A DNA stretch of 41,055 nt from Candidatus Poribacteria bacterium (GTDB lineage Bacteria > Poribacteria > WGA-4E > UBA9662): positions 1-41,055 of the forward strand of contig JAYGDX010000132.1 in the NCBI GenBank assembly GCA_046582655.1. The letters run 5' to 3'. Of the stretch, positions 20,660 to 29,697 are shown in pieces. The position numbers and the translations under genes are program-made. Each line of letters begins with the position of its first letter. Position 1 is the stretch's first letter. Under the pieces are notes generated by a model. It saw only the letters and a program-made list of their open reading frames with translations, was not told where the DNA came from and ran no database searches.

Positions 20660-21820
20660 ATGATGCCAGACCACCAGTCCGGTGTAGATTTTATCAAGCA
20701 GATAATAGACACCAACCCAACTCAGCCCAAGTATTATTATTATCTTGGGGTGGCCTTAACCGATTCCAATCAGTTGGATCAAGCGGGCGAGGCGTATCGG
20801 CGGGCGATTACGCTGGATCCGAATTATGCTGAAGCCTATTATAATCTGGGCGTAATCTTGCATAAGCAGGGACAATTGGAAGAGGCGGTTCAAGCTTATC
20901 AGCAGACACTTGAGATTAGTCCGAGATATGCTGATGCTTACCATAATCTGGGTGCTTTGAGGTATCGGCAAAATCGATTGGAAGAAGCTGTTCAAGCCTA
21001 CCGGGAACTGATCCTCATAGATGAAGGCAACCTTGACGCCTATTATGATTTAGCCACTATTTTTCGTCAACAAGGCAGAGTAGAGGATCTAATTGATTGC
21101 TATGAAAAAATTCTCCAGATTAAACCGACGAATATTTCGATAGCGCATATGATATCGGTGCTAAAAGGCGAAGCAGGGGATGAGGTGCCACTAGCCTATA
21201 TTGAGAAGTTGTTTGATGGATATGCCGAATCTTATGACCTGCACATGGTCGAATCTCTGGAATGTCAGATCCCTTTACTTTTGCGTCAGAAACTGGATAA
21301 AATTACTGGTCAACTTCGGTTTAATAACGTTGTCGATTTAGGGTGTGGCACTGGATTGTCTGGACAGACATTTAGGGACGTGTCAACTCGGCTAACTGGT
21401 GTTGACATTTCATCTCAAATGATAGAGGTAGCGAAAGAGAAAAATATCTACGATTATTTGGAAGTTAACGATTTGATGACGTTTTTCGGCAGCAAAAGAG
21501 AAAAGTTTGATCTGTTTATTTCGGCCGATGTTTTTGGGTATATCGGTGAATTGGATTCGATTTTTAAAGGCGTGTCTGAAACTGCTGACGACCATGCGCA
21601 CTTTCTGTTTTCAGTTGAAAATTATGATCAGGAGGAGGCGTCCTCTTCCAATCTTTCCTATGTTGTTCGCCCAAGTGGTCGGGTTGCACATTCAAAGCGT
21701 TACATCACAGATTTGATAGATCAATACCAGTTTTCATTAGAACATTGTGAAGAAACGACCATTCGAAAAGATTATGATCGGCCGGTAAGTGGTGACCTGT
21801 ACAGGTTAAGGAAATTATAA
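20660..21820 (+). CDS. TPR-repeat protein fused to a class I SAM-dependent methyltransferase
   Basis: About five TPRs ('PNYAEAYYNLG', 'PRYADAYHNLG'), 'LFDGYAESYD', SAM motif 'VVDLGCGTG', 'GVDISSQM'. ATG 20660 follows GGAGAG. Confidence 0.9.
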   Translation: MMPDHQSGVDFIKQIIDTNPTQPKYYYYLGVALTDSNQLDQAGEAYRRAITLDPNYAEAYYNLGVILHKQGQLEEAVQAYQQTLEISPRYADAYHNLGALRYRQNRLEEAVQAYRELILIDEGNLDAYYDLATIFRQQGRVEDLIDCYEKILQIKPTNISIAHMISVLKGEAGDEVPLAYIEKLFDGYAESYDLHMVESLECQIPLLLRQKLDKITGQLRFNNVVDLGCGTGLSGQTFRDVSTRLTGVDISSQMIEVAKEKNIYDYLEVNDLMTFFGSKREKFDLFISADVFGYIGELDSIFKGVSETADDHAHFLFSVENYDQEEASSSNLSYVVRPSGRVAHSKRYITDLIDQYQFSLEHCEETTIRKDYDRPVSGDLYRLRKL

Positions 21821-21830
21821 TTCGGTTAAG

Positions 21831-22310
21831 ATGACAGCTATTCATCCGCAAGCAAAAATCGGGCATATCCACCTCACTGTTGCCGACTTGGATCGAGCAG
21901 AGAAATTCTACACTGAAATCCTAGGATTTGAAGTAACTTCCCGTTTCGGTCAGCATGCGGTCTTCCTCTCTGCTGGTGGTTATCATCATCACATTGCCTT
22001 GAATACGTGGGCTGGGCCGAATGCGAAACCGCCGTCATCAGGGTCTACTGGACTTTACCATTTCGCTATTCTGCTACCCAGCCGTTTGGAACTGGCCAAG
22101 GTTGTCAAGCGCGTTATTGATTGTCAGGTTCAAATTGACGGTGCTTCTGATCACCATGTCAGTCAAGCGGTTTATCTGCGGGATCCGGATGGTAACGGAA
22201 TAGAACTCTATGTCGATCGGGATCCGAGTGAATGGATCTATCAAGATGGTGCGTTAGTGATGACTGTCGATCCATTTGACTTGAGCGAACTGTTAGCGGA
22301 ACTGTCCTGA
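21831..22310 (+). CDS. VOC family protein (CatE-like glyoxalase/extradiol dioxygenase domain)
   Basis: 'IGHIHLTVADL', 'GGYHHHIALNTW', 'GLYHFAILLP', 'GASDHHVSQAVYLRDPDGNGIELY'. Confidence 0.92.
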   Translation: MTAIHPQAKIGHIHLTVADLDRAEKFYTEILGFEVTSRFGQHAVFLSAGGYHHHIALNTWAGPNAKPPSSGSTGLYHFAILLPSRLELAKVVKRVIDCQVQIDGASDHHVSQAVYLRDPDGNGIELYVDRDPSEWIYQDGALVMTVDPFDLSELLAELS

Positions 22311-22361
22311 CCTGTTTTTTTATCATAAATTTTAATATTGCATACTAGAACGAGGGATTTG

Positions 22362-23354
22362 ATGCCAAACAAAATTCTATTAGCGCCGATTTTTCAAAAC
22401 GCAAGGTTTGATACCGAAGAACGTCGGAAAGGTTTGAACAAACTTGCCAAGTTGGCGAATCTAGAAATGGAACCGACTGAACTGACGGAAGATGATGCCG
22501 ATGGTGTGGTCGGTGTCATCGCTAGCTCTGCTTTGATTCATCCAAGCTTTTATCAAGCTGCTGAGAAGCTAAGAATTATCTCCAGATGGGGTGTAGGCTA
22601 TGAGAACACGAATTATGAGATTGCCGCCCAACATGGTGTGTTCGTCACCATTGCCCCTGAGCATATGGTAACCGTCGCCGAGTATACCATTGCCCAATGG
22701 ATGGCGACCCTCAAACGTGTTTATACCTTGAATCACCTTTCTCATGGAGGAGACTTTTCTATCATCCGAACTTATGAAGCCAGTGGATCGACGCTTGGAC
22801 TCTACGGTTTCGGTAGGATCGGCCAGGCTGTAGCAACACGTGCAAAACCGCTTCTTGGCAATGAAGGAAGATTGCTTGTGTATGATGTTCGCAGCGACAT
22901 TAAAGAACTGGCAGCCGAATATGGAGCTATTGCTGTAGATGATCCCATGGTTTTATTTCGTGAAAGCGATACCGTTTCCCTACACGTTGCTGGTGATGAT
23001 GTCATCGTTAACTACGATTGCCTCTGTGCTATGAAACCTCACGGATCACTAATTAACCCTTCACGGGGAAATCTGGTTGATGATCAATCTGTTAACCGCG
23101 CCATCCGTGAAGAACGTCTCTATTATTACGTGGTAGACGATCCGGTCAACGGTCCTAGAGAGATCCATAAAGATCACTCCCGCATCATCTGCACCAATCA
23201 CAATGCCGGGATTACCCTTGAGTCCACCATTCGTCTAGATTTACGGACCTTCGGGCAGGTTACCGATGCCATTCAGGGAAGGAAACCGGCGCACATCCTC
23301 AACTCAGATGTGTTGGATCACCCCCGGGTAAAGGCTTTTCTGAAAACAGAATAG
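22362..23354 (+). CDS. D-2-hydroxyacid dehydrogenase family (SerA-like) NAD-dependent oxidoreductase
   Basis: 'RWGVGYEN', 'VAEYT', 'GFGRIGQAVA', 'INPSRG', 'HNAG'. Confidence 0.88.
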   Translation: MPNKILLAPIFQNARFDTEERRKGLNKLAKLANLEMEPTELTEDDADGVVGVIASSALIHPSFYQAAEKLRIISRWGVGYENTNYEIAAQHGVFVTIAPEHMVTVAEYTIAQWMATLKRVYTLNHLSHGGDFSIIRTYEASGSTLGLYGFGRIGQAVATRAKPLLGNEGRLLVYDVRSDIKELAAEYGAIAVDDPMVLFRESDTVSLHVAGDDVIVNYDCLCAMKPHGSLINPSRGNLVDDQSVNRAIREERLYYYVVDDPVNGPREIHKDHSRIICTNHNAGITLESTIRLDLRTFGQVTDAIQGRKPAHILNSDVLDHPRVKAFLKTE

Positions 23355-23438
23355 CCCCCTCCAGACAGATCTCTCGAAACGTGTAATATTCTAAATGCGT
23401 GCTGTTTCTCCACTGACTTGGAGAAAGGAAATATCATT

Positions 23439-23467
23439 TTGACAATTCACTCGTTTTTGGTTAGACT
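23439..23467 (+). promoter_or_regulatory. Sigma70 promoter of the corrinoid methyltransferase operon
   Basis: TTGACA (23439-23444), 17 nt spacer, TAGACT (23462-23467). An 8-bp hairpin TTTCTCCA/TGGAGAAA lies just upstream (23405-23426). Confidence 0.65.
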
Positions 23468-23523
23468 TAGTTTTTTGAAAACAACTTTGTAATTCAAATC
23501 GAACGAGGACGAGAATTTGCAAT

Positions 23524-24156
23524 ATGGGTCAAATAGCTAATATTGGCAGAAGAATTGAATTGGTTCCGATGGATTCTTATTTCCATGACATTGCTATTGC
23601 TTTGTATCAACAGCAATCAGCCATAGGATCTTCATTTTTAGTGCATACCTACAGTCGGATTGAGGGTGCTTCACAACGTATTCAGTTTGTGGTTGACGCC
23701 ATGCAGGCGTTGGGCGGGATGGAGTTAACAGAATCGGGTTTGCTTCGGTTCCCTTGTGGAGCGGATCATCAACTGGCCTGTAAGCGTGTTTTTCTGGAAG
23801 CGTGTAAATCTGATCCAATGCAGCTGGTTGAATCACGTCCTGATACGATTTTTGACAAAAAGTCGAATCGCAACATGACGGTACTGAGCTATGGAAATGG
23901 GCGCTATCAAGTAACAGCTGATGGCGATGAAGCAGGAAAAGAAAGACGTGTTTCCGCCATTACTGGCGGATTAATCAAACTGGGAGATATGATAGCTGTT
24001 GATGAGAAAAACCCGGATCAAGTTGCTTTCCCTTGCGGGTGCTCTCACAACGCCTTAGTGGGGTTATTGTTAGTTCGTGCCCCCAACGTGCGAGCGGTGG
24101 TACGAGAACAGCAGATAACAGCGTCGCGTGGGGTTCTTTCCTCTCCCAGTCAATAG
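23524..24156 (+). CDS. Hypothetical protein with two internal FPCGxxH repeats
   Basis: 210-aa ORF, first gene of the operon; 'LRFPCGADH' and 'VAFPCGCSH'. Confidence 0.8.
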   Translation: MGQIANIGRRIELVPMDSYFHDIAIALYQQQSAIGSSFLVHTYSRIEGASQRIQFVVDAMQALGGMELTESGLLRFPCGADHQLACKRVFLEACKSDPMQLVESRPDTIFDKKSNRNMTVLSYGNGRYQVTADGDEAGKERRVSAITGGLIKLGDMIAVDEKNPDQVAFPCGCSHNALVGLLLVRAPNVRAVVREQQITASRGVLSSPSQ

Positions 24157-24198
24157 GAATAAGCCGGATAGAAATCTGGAAATATAGGAGATATAAGC

Positions 24199-25245
24199 GT
24201 GGAGACCAAAATTGATTCAATGACCAGTCGTCAGCGTGTCTTGGCAGCGTTAGGCAGAGAACCTGTCGATCGAACCCCAGTTTGTAATCCAACGTCAGTA
24301 GCTACCGTAGAGTTAATGGATTTGGTTGATGCCTCGTTTCCAGAAGCCAACAGGCAACCGGAACTAATGGCGAGATTGGCTGCTACCGGATATACCGAGT
24401 TAGGATTTGACACCATAATGCCGGTTTTCACTATTATTCAAGAATCATCAGCTCTCGGCTGCAAGATTCAGTGGGAGCAAAAAGATAACTGGCCAACAGT
24501 GAAGATGCTGGAACCTATTTATGAAGATGTGGATGATATTAACATTCCATCCGATCTGCTGACTCATCAGGACACAAAGTGTGTACTGGATGCCATCAAG
24601 ATTCTGAAGAAAGAATATGGCGATGAGGTGGCTGTTATTGGAAAGACGATGGGACCTTGGTCTCTCGGGTACCATTGCTTTGGGGTTGAACCTTTTTTGC
24701 TGATGTCCCTGGATGATCCGGATAAGACAATGCAATGTCTAGATAAATTGAAAAAAGTGACAATAGACTTCGGTGTGGCGCAAATTGAAGCCGGTGCGGA
24801 CGCGTTGACGCTACCCGATCATGCCACCGGAGATCTGGTTAGTAGTGATTATTATCGCCGATACCTACGTGATTTGCATATTGAATTTGTTGATAGTATT
24901 CCAATTCCCTTGATTCTGCATATCTGTGGACGAACAGTTGATCGAATGGAATACATCGCGCAAACCGGAATGTCTGCCTTCCATTATGATTCCAAGAACC
25001 AACCCCAGGAATCGATAGAGATAACACAGGAACGGATCTCCTTGGTTGGAAATATCAATAATCCTGAAACGCTGTTTGCCAGAGGTCCGGAAGAAGTTCG
25101 ACAAGAAGTCTATAAAAATCTGGACGCGGGTGTCCAACTTGTTGGACCGGAATGTGCCATCCCTCTGCAAACTGCCATTGAGAACTTAATGGAAATCCCT
25201 AAGGCCGTGCGGGATTGGCATGGAGAACGTGCCTCACAGAATTAG
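24199..25245 (+). CDS. MtaA/CmuA-type (UroD superfamily) Zn-dependent methylcobamide methyltransferase
   Basis: 'MTSRQRVLAAL...VDRTPV', 'ESSALGC', 'GPWSL', 'AQIEAGAD', Zn ligands 'LHICG' (HxC) and 'PECAIP', 'LVGNI'. Confidence 0.88.
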   Translation: METKIDSMTSRQRVLAALGREPVDRTPVCNPTSVATVELMDLVDASFPEANRQPELMARLAATGYTELGFDTIMPVFTIIQESSALGCKIQWEQKDNWPTVKMLEPIYEDVDDINIPSDLLTHQDTKCVLDAIKILKKEYGDEVAVIGKTMGPWSLGYHCFGVEPFLLMSLDDPDKTMQCLDKLKKVTIDFGVAQIEAGADALTLPDHATGDLVSSDYYRRYLRDLHIEFVDSIPIPLILHICGRTVDRMEYIAQTGMSAFHYDSKNQPQESIEITQERISLVGNINNPETLFARGPEEVRQEVYKNLDAGVQLVGPECAIPLQTAIENLMEIPKAVRDWHGERASQN

Positions 25246-25353
25246 TCTTGGAAGCGAATAGCGGCAAAATATCGAAGACCTGTTGAAGTCTGCACCTGTA
25301 AAGCACATTGATCTGCAATCCAATGTGAATTGAGTTAATAGAAAGGAAGAATT

Positions 25354-26112
25354 TTGGCTGAAATCACTGATATTGAGAATGAGTTTATCAGGGAAGAAAT
25401 TGAAGAATATCTGGAACGACCAAATGAAATTGAAAGAGCAATTAACACTTTTTCTCAAGTGACTCCGGCTATGCAGGAAATTGCTGCCGCTCTGATTGAT
25501 GGGGATCACCATACCACCGATCATTTGACCCATGAAGCCTTAGAAAAAGGTACCGATGCCTTGGAAATCATGGATGATGGTCTGATAGCAGGGATGAGTA
25601 TTGTCGGTATCAAGTTTCGGGAAAATTTCATCTTCGTTCCAGAGGTTCTCGCCTGCGCACGAGCCATGAAGGTGGGGATGGCTTATATCGAGCCAATTTT
25701 ATCAGCTTCTGGAATTGAACCTGTTGGTACAGTTGTCATGGGGACGGTAAAAGGGGACCTACACGATATTGGGAAAAACCTGTGCATCATGATGCTGAGA
25801 GGATCGGGTTTTCTTGTACATGATCTCAGTGTCGATACCTCAGAAGACGAATTTATTGATGCCGTAGAAGAACATGAAGCGGACATATTAGGCATGTCGG
25901 CGTTATTGACCACCACCATGCCCAACATGGGGAAAACGATTGAAGCTTTCATTGACGCTGATCTACGTGACGATGTTAAAATTATGGTCGGAGGAGCGCC
26001 CGTTACTCAGGAATTTGCTGATGATATGGGTGCTGATGGTTACGGCAAAGATGCAGTCGAGTGTGTTGAATTGTCTAAGCGTTTACTTGAAGAAGATGAT
26101 GAGGAATTCTGA
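25354..26112 (+). CDS. Stand-alone corrinoid (cobalamin-binding) protein
   Basis: Cap domain 'GLIAGMSIVG...FVPEVL', 'GTVKGDLHDIGKNL' (DxHxxG), 'GMSALLTTTM', 'MVGGAPVT'. TTG start follows GAAAGGA. Confidence 0.95.
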   Translation: MAEITDIENEFIREEIEEYLERPNEIERAINTFSQVTPAMQEIAAALIDGDHHTTDHLTHEALEKGTDALEIMDDGLIAGMSIVGIKFRENFIFVPEVLACARAMKVGMAYIEPILSASGIEPVGTVVMGTVKGDLHDIGKNLCIMMLRGSGFLVHDLSVDTSEDEFIDAVEEHEADILGMSALLTTTMPNMGKTIEAFIDADLRDDVKIMVGGAPVTQEFADDMGADGYGKDAVECVELSKRLLEEDDEEF

Positions 26113-26117
26113 AACGG

Positions 26118-28037
26118 ATGAAGAGGCCTGAGATACAAAAGATCGATAAAGAAGAGTATCAAAAACGCTTAGATAGAATCACAGAATTGTTTTCCAGTAT
26201 GACAGTTCACGCTGATGAGCAATCCACCTACCGCTGTCCCTACAAAAACAAAGAAGATCGATGCACGGCAAAATTCGGATGTCGTAACCAGCGCAAACCT
26301 GATAACAGCCAAGGGCTCTTAATCTGTGGCGGGGATGATAAGCTGGACTATCGTCAGGCTTGGGAGACCGAAGCAGTTCAGGGTAGCGTGTCAATTGATG
26401 CCGAGTATGGTATGGGCACAGTGACATCTGATGATAGAACGTGTAAACTTTCGGTCGGAAAAACAATTTTTGATTATGCCGATGAGCTAGCGGTTCAGGT
26501 ACCAACATCCTGTTTTCGTACCGGCCAGTGTCATGAATGTATTGTTGAGATTAAGCAAGGGATGGAAGCACTGCAACCCAGAAACGAAGCTGAATCGTTT
26601 CTGCAGGAGAATTACCGGCTAGCCTGCCAAGCTGTGGTTTCCGATGCTGATATAGATCTAGACTTCTCGCCGCTACGACGCAACCCCAAGATCTTGACGG
26701 ATTCTAACCAAACGCCAATTGTGGATATGGATCCGATCGTAACTTGCCAGAATGGTGTCGTCTACTATGATGGAGAGGGCATAGACAAATATCGTGGACA
26801 CCTTTATGGTTTGGCAATCGATCTGGGTACCACAACGGTGGTAATCAGTCTGGTCGATTTGGAGAACGGGCAGAGCATTACCACCAGTGCCTTTGAGAAT
26901 CCTCAGCGATTTGGTGGTAGCGATATCATGCACCGTATTTCATACGATGGAGCCCATCATGGAGAACTGCGCAAAGCTATTGTTAATGCTATCAACAACG
27001 AAATTTTGCAGATGGAGGAGCGATTCGGTTTTGTCCGGCAAGAGATCTACGAAATTGTGGCAGTTGGAAACTCAACTATGCGTGATATCCTTTTCAAGCT
27101 AGACGTTCAGAGTATTGGTCAGAAACCTTATAAATCGATGATTGAGCAAGCCTATCTGGCTGGTGAACGCAGTACCACATCGCTGACCGAGAAAACCCGT
27201 CGTTTGGGCATTCGGGCCAACCCAAAAGCCAAGGTTTACGGGCTTCCTTTAATTGCCAGCCACGTTGGCGCAGATACCGCTGCGGTTCTAGTGGCTATGG
27301 ATATGGCTTCGCAAAAAGAAACGGTGATGCTGATTGATGTCGGTACTAATACTGAGGTGGTTATCGGACATGCGGGACGAATGCTAGCTGCATCCTGTCC
27401 GGCTGGACCGGCGTTTGAGGGTGGACTGATTAAATATGGAATGCCGGGATATGACGGCGCTATCGAATCAGTTCGATGGGCTGATGGTCAGTTTGAATGT
27501 GACATCATCGGTGATACGCAACCACATGGGCTCTGCGGATCAGGATTAATCGATTTATTGGCAGAACTTCGCCGTTATGACCAGATGACGCCCAAAGGCG
27601 TATTTGCAGATAAGAAACAGTATGAATTAACCGTTGTGCCGGAATATGGGATTACTCTTTCAAGAGAGGATGCGAGTAATTTGGCTCAGGCAAAAGCAGC
27701 CAATTATTGTGGACAATTTATCCTGATACGACATTTTGGTATTAGTCCTCTCGATATAACCGAATGCTATCTTGCTGGTGGTTTTGCCAATTATGTCAAT
27801 GTCGATAACGCTATTCAGATTGGTTTTTTAGCTCCTGTTCCTAAAGACCGGATTACCAAGATCGGCAATGCCGCCATACAGGGGGCGAGAGAAGTTTTGA
27901 TTTCACGGAAGAAACGCGAGTCAATTGAGCGTTTGGTGAAAGGAATTGATCACGTTGAACTGGAGACAACACCGGATTTTTTCGAGGTATTTGTCGAGGG
28001 CTGTCAGTTCAAACCGATGCCAAATGAATTTAGATAA
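26118..28037 (+). CDS. RACo-type ATP-dependent reductive activator of corrinoid proteins (2Fe-2S + ASKHA/DUF4445) with an extra Cys-rich N-terminus
   Basis: 'SCFRTGQCHEC...RLACQ' (2Fe-2S), 'IDLGTTT', 'ENPQRFGGSDIMHRI', 'DVGTNTE', 'AGPAFEG', 'GLCGSG', 'IGNAA'. Confidence 0.93.
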   Translation: MKRPEIQKIDKEEYQKRLDRITELFSSMTVHADEQSTYRCPYKNKEDRCTAKFGCRNQRKPDNSQGLLICGGDDKLDYRQAWETEAVQGSVSIDAEYGMGTVTSDDRTCKLSVGKTIFDYADELAVQVPTSCFRTGQCHECIVEIKQGMEALQPRNEAESFLQENYRLACQAVVSDADIDLDFSPLRRNPKILTDSNQTPIVDMDPIVTCQNGVVYYDGEGIDKYRGHLYGLAIDLGTTTVVISLVDLENGQSITTSAFENPQRFGGSDIMHRISYDGAHHGELRKAIVNAINNEILQMEERFGFVRQEIYEIVAVGNSTMRDILFKLDVQSIGQKPYKSMIEQAYLAGERSTTSLTEKTRRLGIRANPKAKVYGLPLIASHVGADTAAVLVAMDMASQKETVMLIDVGTNTEVVIGHAGRMLAASCPAGPAFEGGLIKYGMPGYDGAIESVRWADGQFECDIIGDTQPHGLCGSGLIDLLAELRRYDQMTPKGVFADKKQYELTVVPEYGITLSREDASNLAQAKAANYCGQFILIRHFGISPLDITECYLAGGFANYVNVDNAIQIGFLAPVPKDRITKIGNAAIQGAREVLISRKKRESIERLVKGIDHVELETTPDFFEVFVEGCQFKPMPNEFR

Positions 28038-28105
28038 CCTCTGGCTTTACTACCGAGCAATCCATAAAAAAACACCAGAAAAGCAAAATAAAAGATTAGA
28101 TTTTA

Positions 28106-29695
28106 ATGAGAACTTGGCAAAAGCCTTCATTTCGTTCCTTACTTCAGAAAACCAGCATATTTGTTACTTGTGTAGAATTGGTTAACTCGCGTGGCGTTAT
28201 CACTGAACGCAAAGGAACTCGCATATTAAAATTGGCGCGTGAACTTTCCCAAAATCCGCAGATTCATGCTTTGTGCATTACAAATAATGCAGGTGGCAAT
28301 GCAATGCTTAGCGGAGATACATTGAGTACCGATCTTATTTCTCGTGGACAGGAAGTCGTCATTCATCTCTCCTGTAAAGACTGGAATCGCAATGGGCTGC
28401 AAAGTCAGGCTTGGAAACTGGCTAGTGAAGGATTTAATAACGTGTTGGCATTATCAGGCGACTATCCCATCAGCGGCTATCAGGGACAAGCAAGTGCAGT
28501 TTTTGATATCGATTCCGTTGGGGTATTAAAGATGATGTCTGAGATGAACGCTGGACTAAAAATTAGTGCTGGACAGAAGAAAAAGGATCAAGTCCTAAAA
28601 CAGACCAGCTTTTTTTTAGGAGCTGTTGTTAATAATTATAAACAATACGAACGTGAAGTTATGCCCCAGTATTTTAAGCTAAAGAAAAAAATCGAAAATG
28701 GGGCATCATTTATTATTAATCAAATTGGTTACGATACACGTAAGCAGGATGAATTGTTGAAATACATGGATTGGTCTGGTCTCCATGTTTCCGTGTTAGC
28801 CAATGTTTACGTGCTTAGTTTAACAGCCGCTCGTTTCTTCCATGCCAATAATATTCCGGGAGTAACTGTCACGGACGATCTTCTGGCCCTAATCGAAAAG
28901 CAGGCGGGTTCCAGTGATAAAGGGAAAACTTTCTTTTTGGAATTTGCGGCCAAGCAGTGCGCAATTGCCAAAGGATTAGGTTTCCGTGGTGTCTATCTGG
29001 GCGGGCACTTAAAGTCCAGTGACTATGAGCGTATCTTGGAAATAGCGTATCAATTCGGTGAAGATGACTGGAAAGACTTTTCCAAGGAGATCTGCTTTCA
29101 TCAAACGGACGAGTTTTACTTCTTTGAACCTGACACCTCAACACAACTCAGTTCAACTGAAATTAATCGGGAGTACCTGCATTCCAAAAGCTTAAAGGCT
29201 TTGCAAGTATCCAAGCAAAATATCCCATTGAGTTATAAGATTAACCGCGTTGTACACGATAAAGCTTTTGAAAAAGGAACTTTAGGATTTGGTCTTGGTA
29301 AGAAAACCTCGCAGGCAATTGAAAGAACAAATAAAGGTGTGCAGAAGATCTTGCATGGATTAGAGCAAACATTCAAAATGGCAGCCTTCGGTTGTCAAGA
29401 TTGCGGTGACTGTTCGTTACCAGATATCGCCTTTCTTTGCCCGGAGTCTCAGTGTGCTAAGAATCAGCGTAACGGTCCCTGCGGCGGAACATACCAAGGA
29501 AAATGCGAGGTTGGTGAAAAAGAGTGCATCTGGTCATTAGCCTATGACCGCTTGAAAGCCTACGGTCAAGAAGAACAGATGCTAAATGGACCAGCAATTT
29601 TCAAGGATGGATCACTGAAAGGCACAAGTGCTTGGATCAATACTTTCCTTGAACGAGATCATCATGGTAACGGTAAAAAACAGATGGAGAGTTAG
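28106..29695 (+). CDS. metF: Methylenetetrahydrofolate reductase fused to a C-terminal Cys-rich MetV-like domain
   Basis: 'HLSCKDWNRNGLQS', 'LALSGDYP', 'KKIENGASFIINQIGYD'; C-terminal 'CQDCGDC...CPESQCAKNQRNGPCGG...CEVG...CIW'. Confidence 0.88.
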   Translation: MRTWQKPSFRSLLQKTSIFVTCVELVNSRGVITERKGTRILKLARELSQNPQIHALCITNNAGGNAMLSGDTLSTDLISRGQEVVIHLSCKDWNRNGLQSQAWKLASEGFNNVLALSGDYPISGYQGQASAVFDIDSVGVLKMMSEMNAGLKISAGQKKKDQVLKQTSFFLGAVVNNYKQYEREVMPQYFKLKKKIENGASFIINQIGYDTRKQDELLKYMDWSGLHVSVLANVYVLSLTAARFFHANNIPGVTVTDDLLALIEKQAGSSDKGKTFFLEFAAKQCAIAKGLGFRGVYLGGHLKSSDYERILEIAYQFGEDDWKDFSKEICFHQTDEFYFFEPDTSTQLSSTEINREYLHSKSLKALQVSKQNIPLSYKINRVVHDKAFEKGTLGFGLGKKTSQAIERTNKGVQKILHGLEQTFKMAAFGCQDCGDCSLPDIAFLCPESQCAKNQRNGPCGGTYQGKCEVGEKECIWSLAYDRLKAYGQEEQMLNGPAIFKDGSLKGTSAWINTFLERDHHGNGKKQMES

Positions 29696-29697
29696 AG

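Noticed and set aside
23355..23523. Cobalamin or SAM riboswitch ahead of the operon
   Set aside because: No B12-box or SAM-I core is visible, and the leader after the predicted promoter is only about 50 nt.
24199..25245. Uroporphyrinogen decarboxylase (hemE)
   Set aside because: It lacks the RQAGR motif and has the HxC...C zinc ligands and corrinoid context of methyltransferases.
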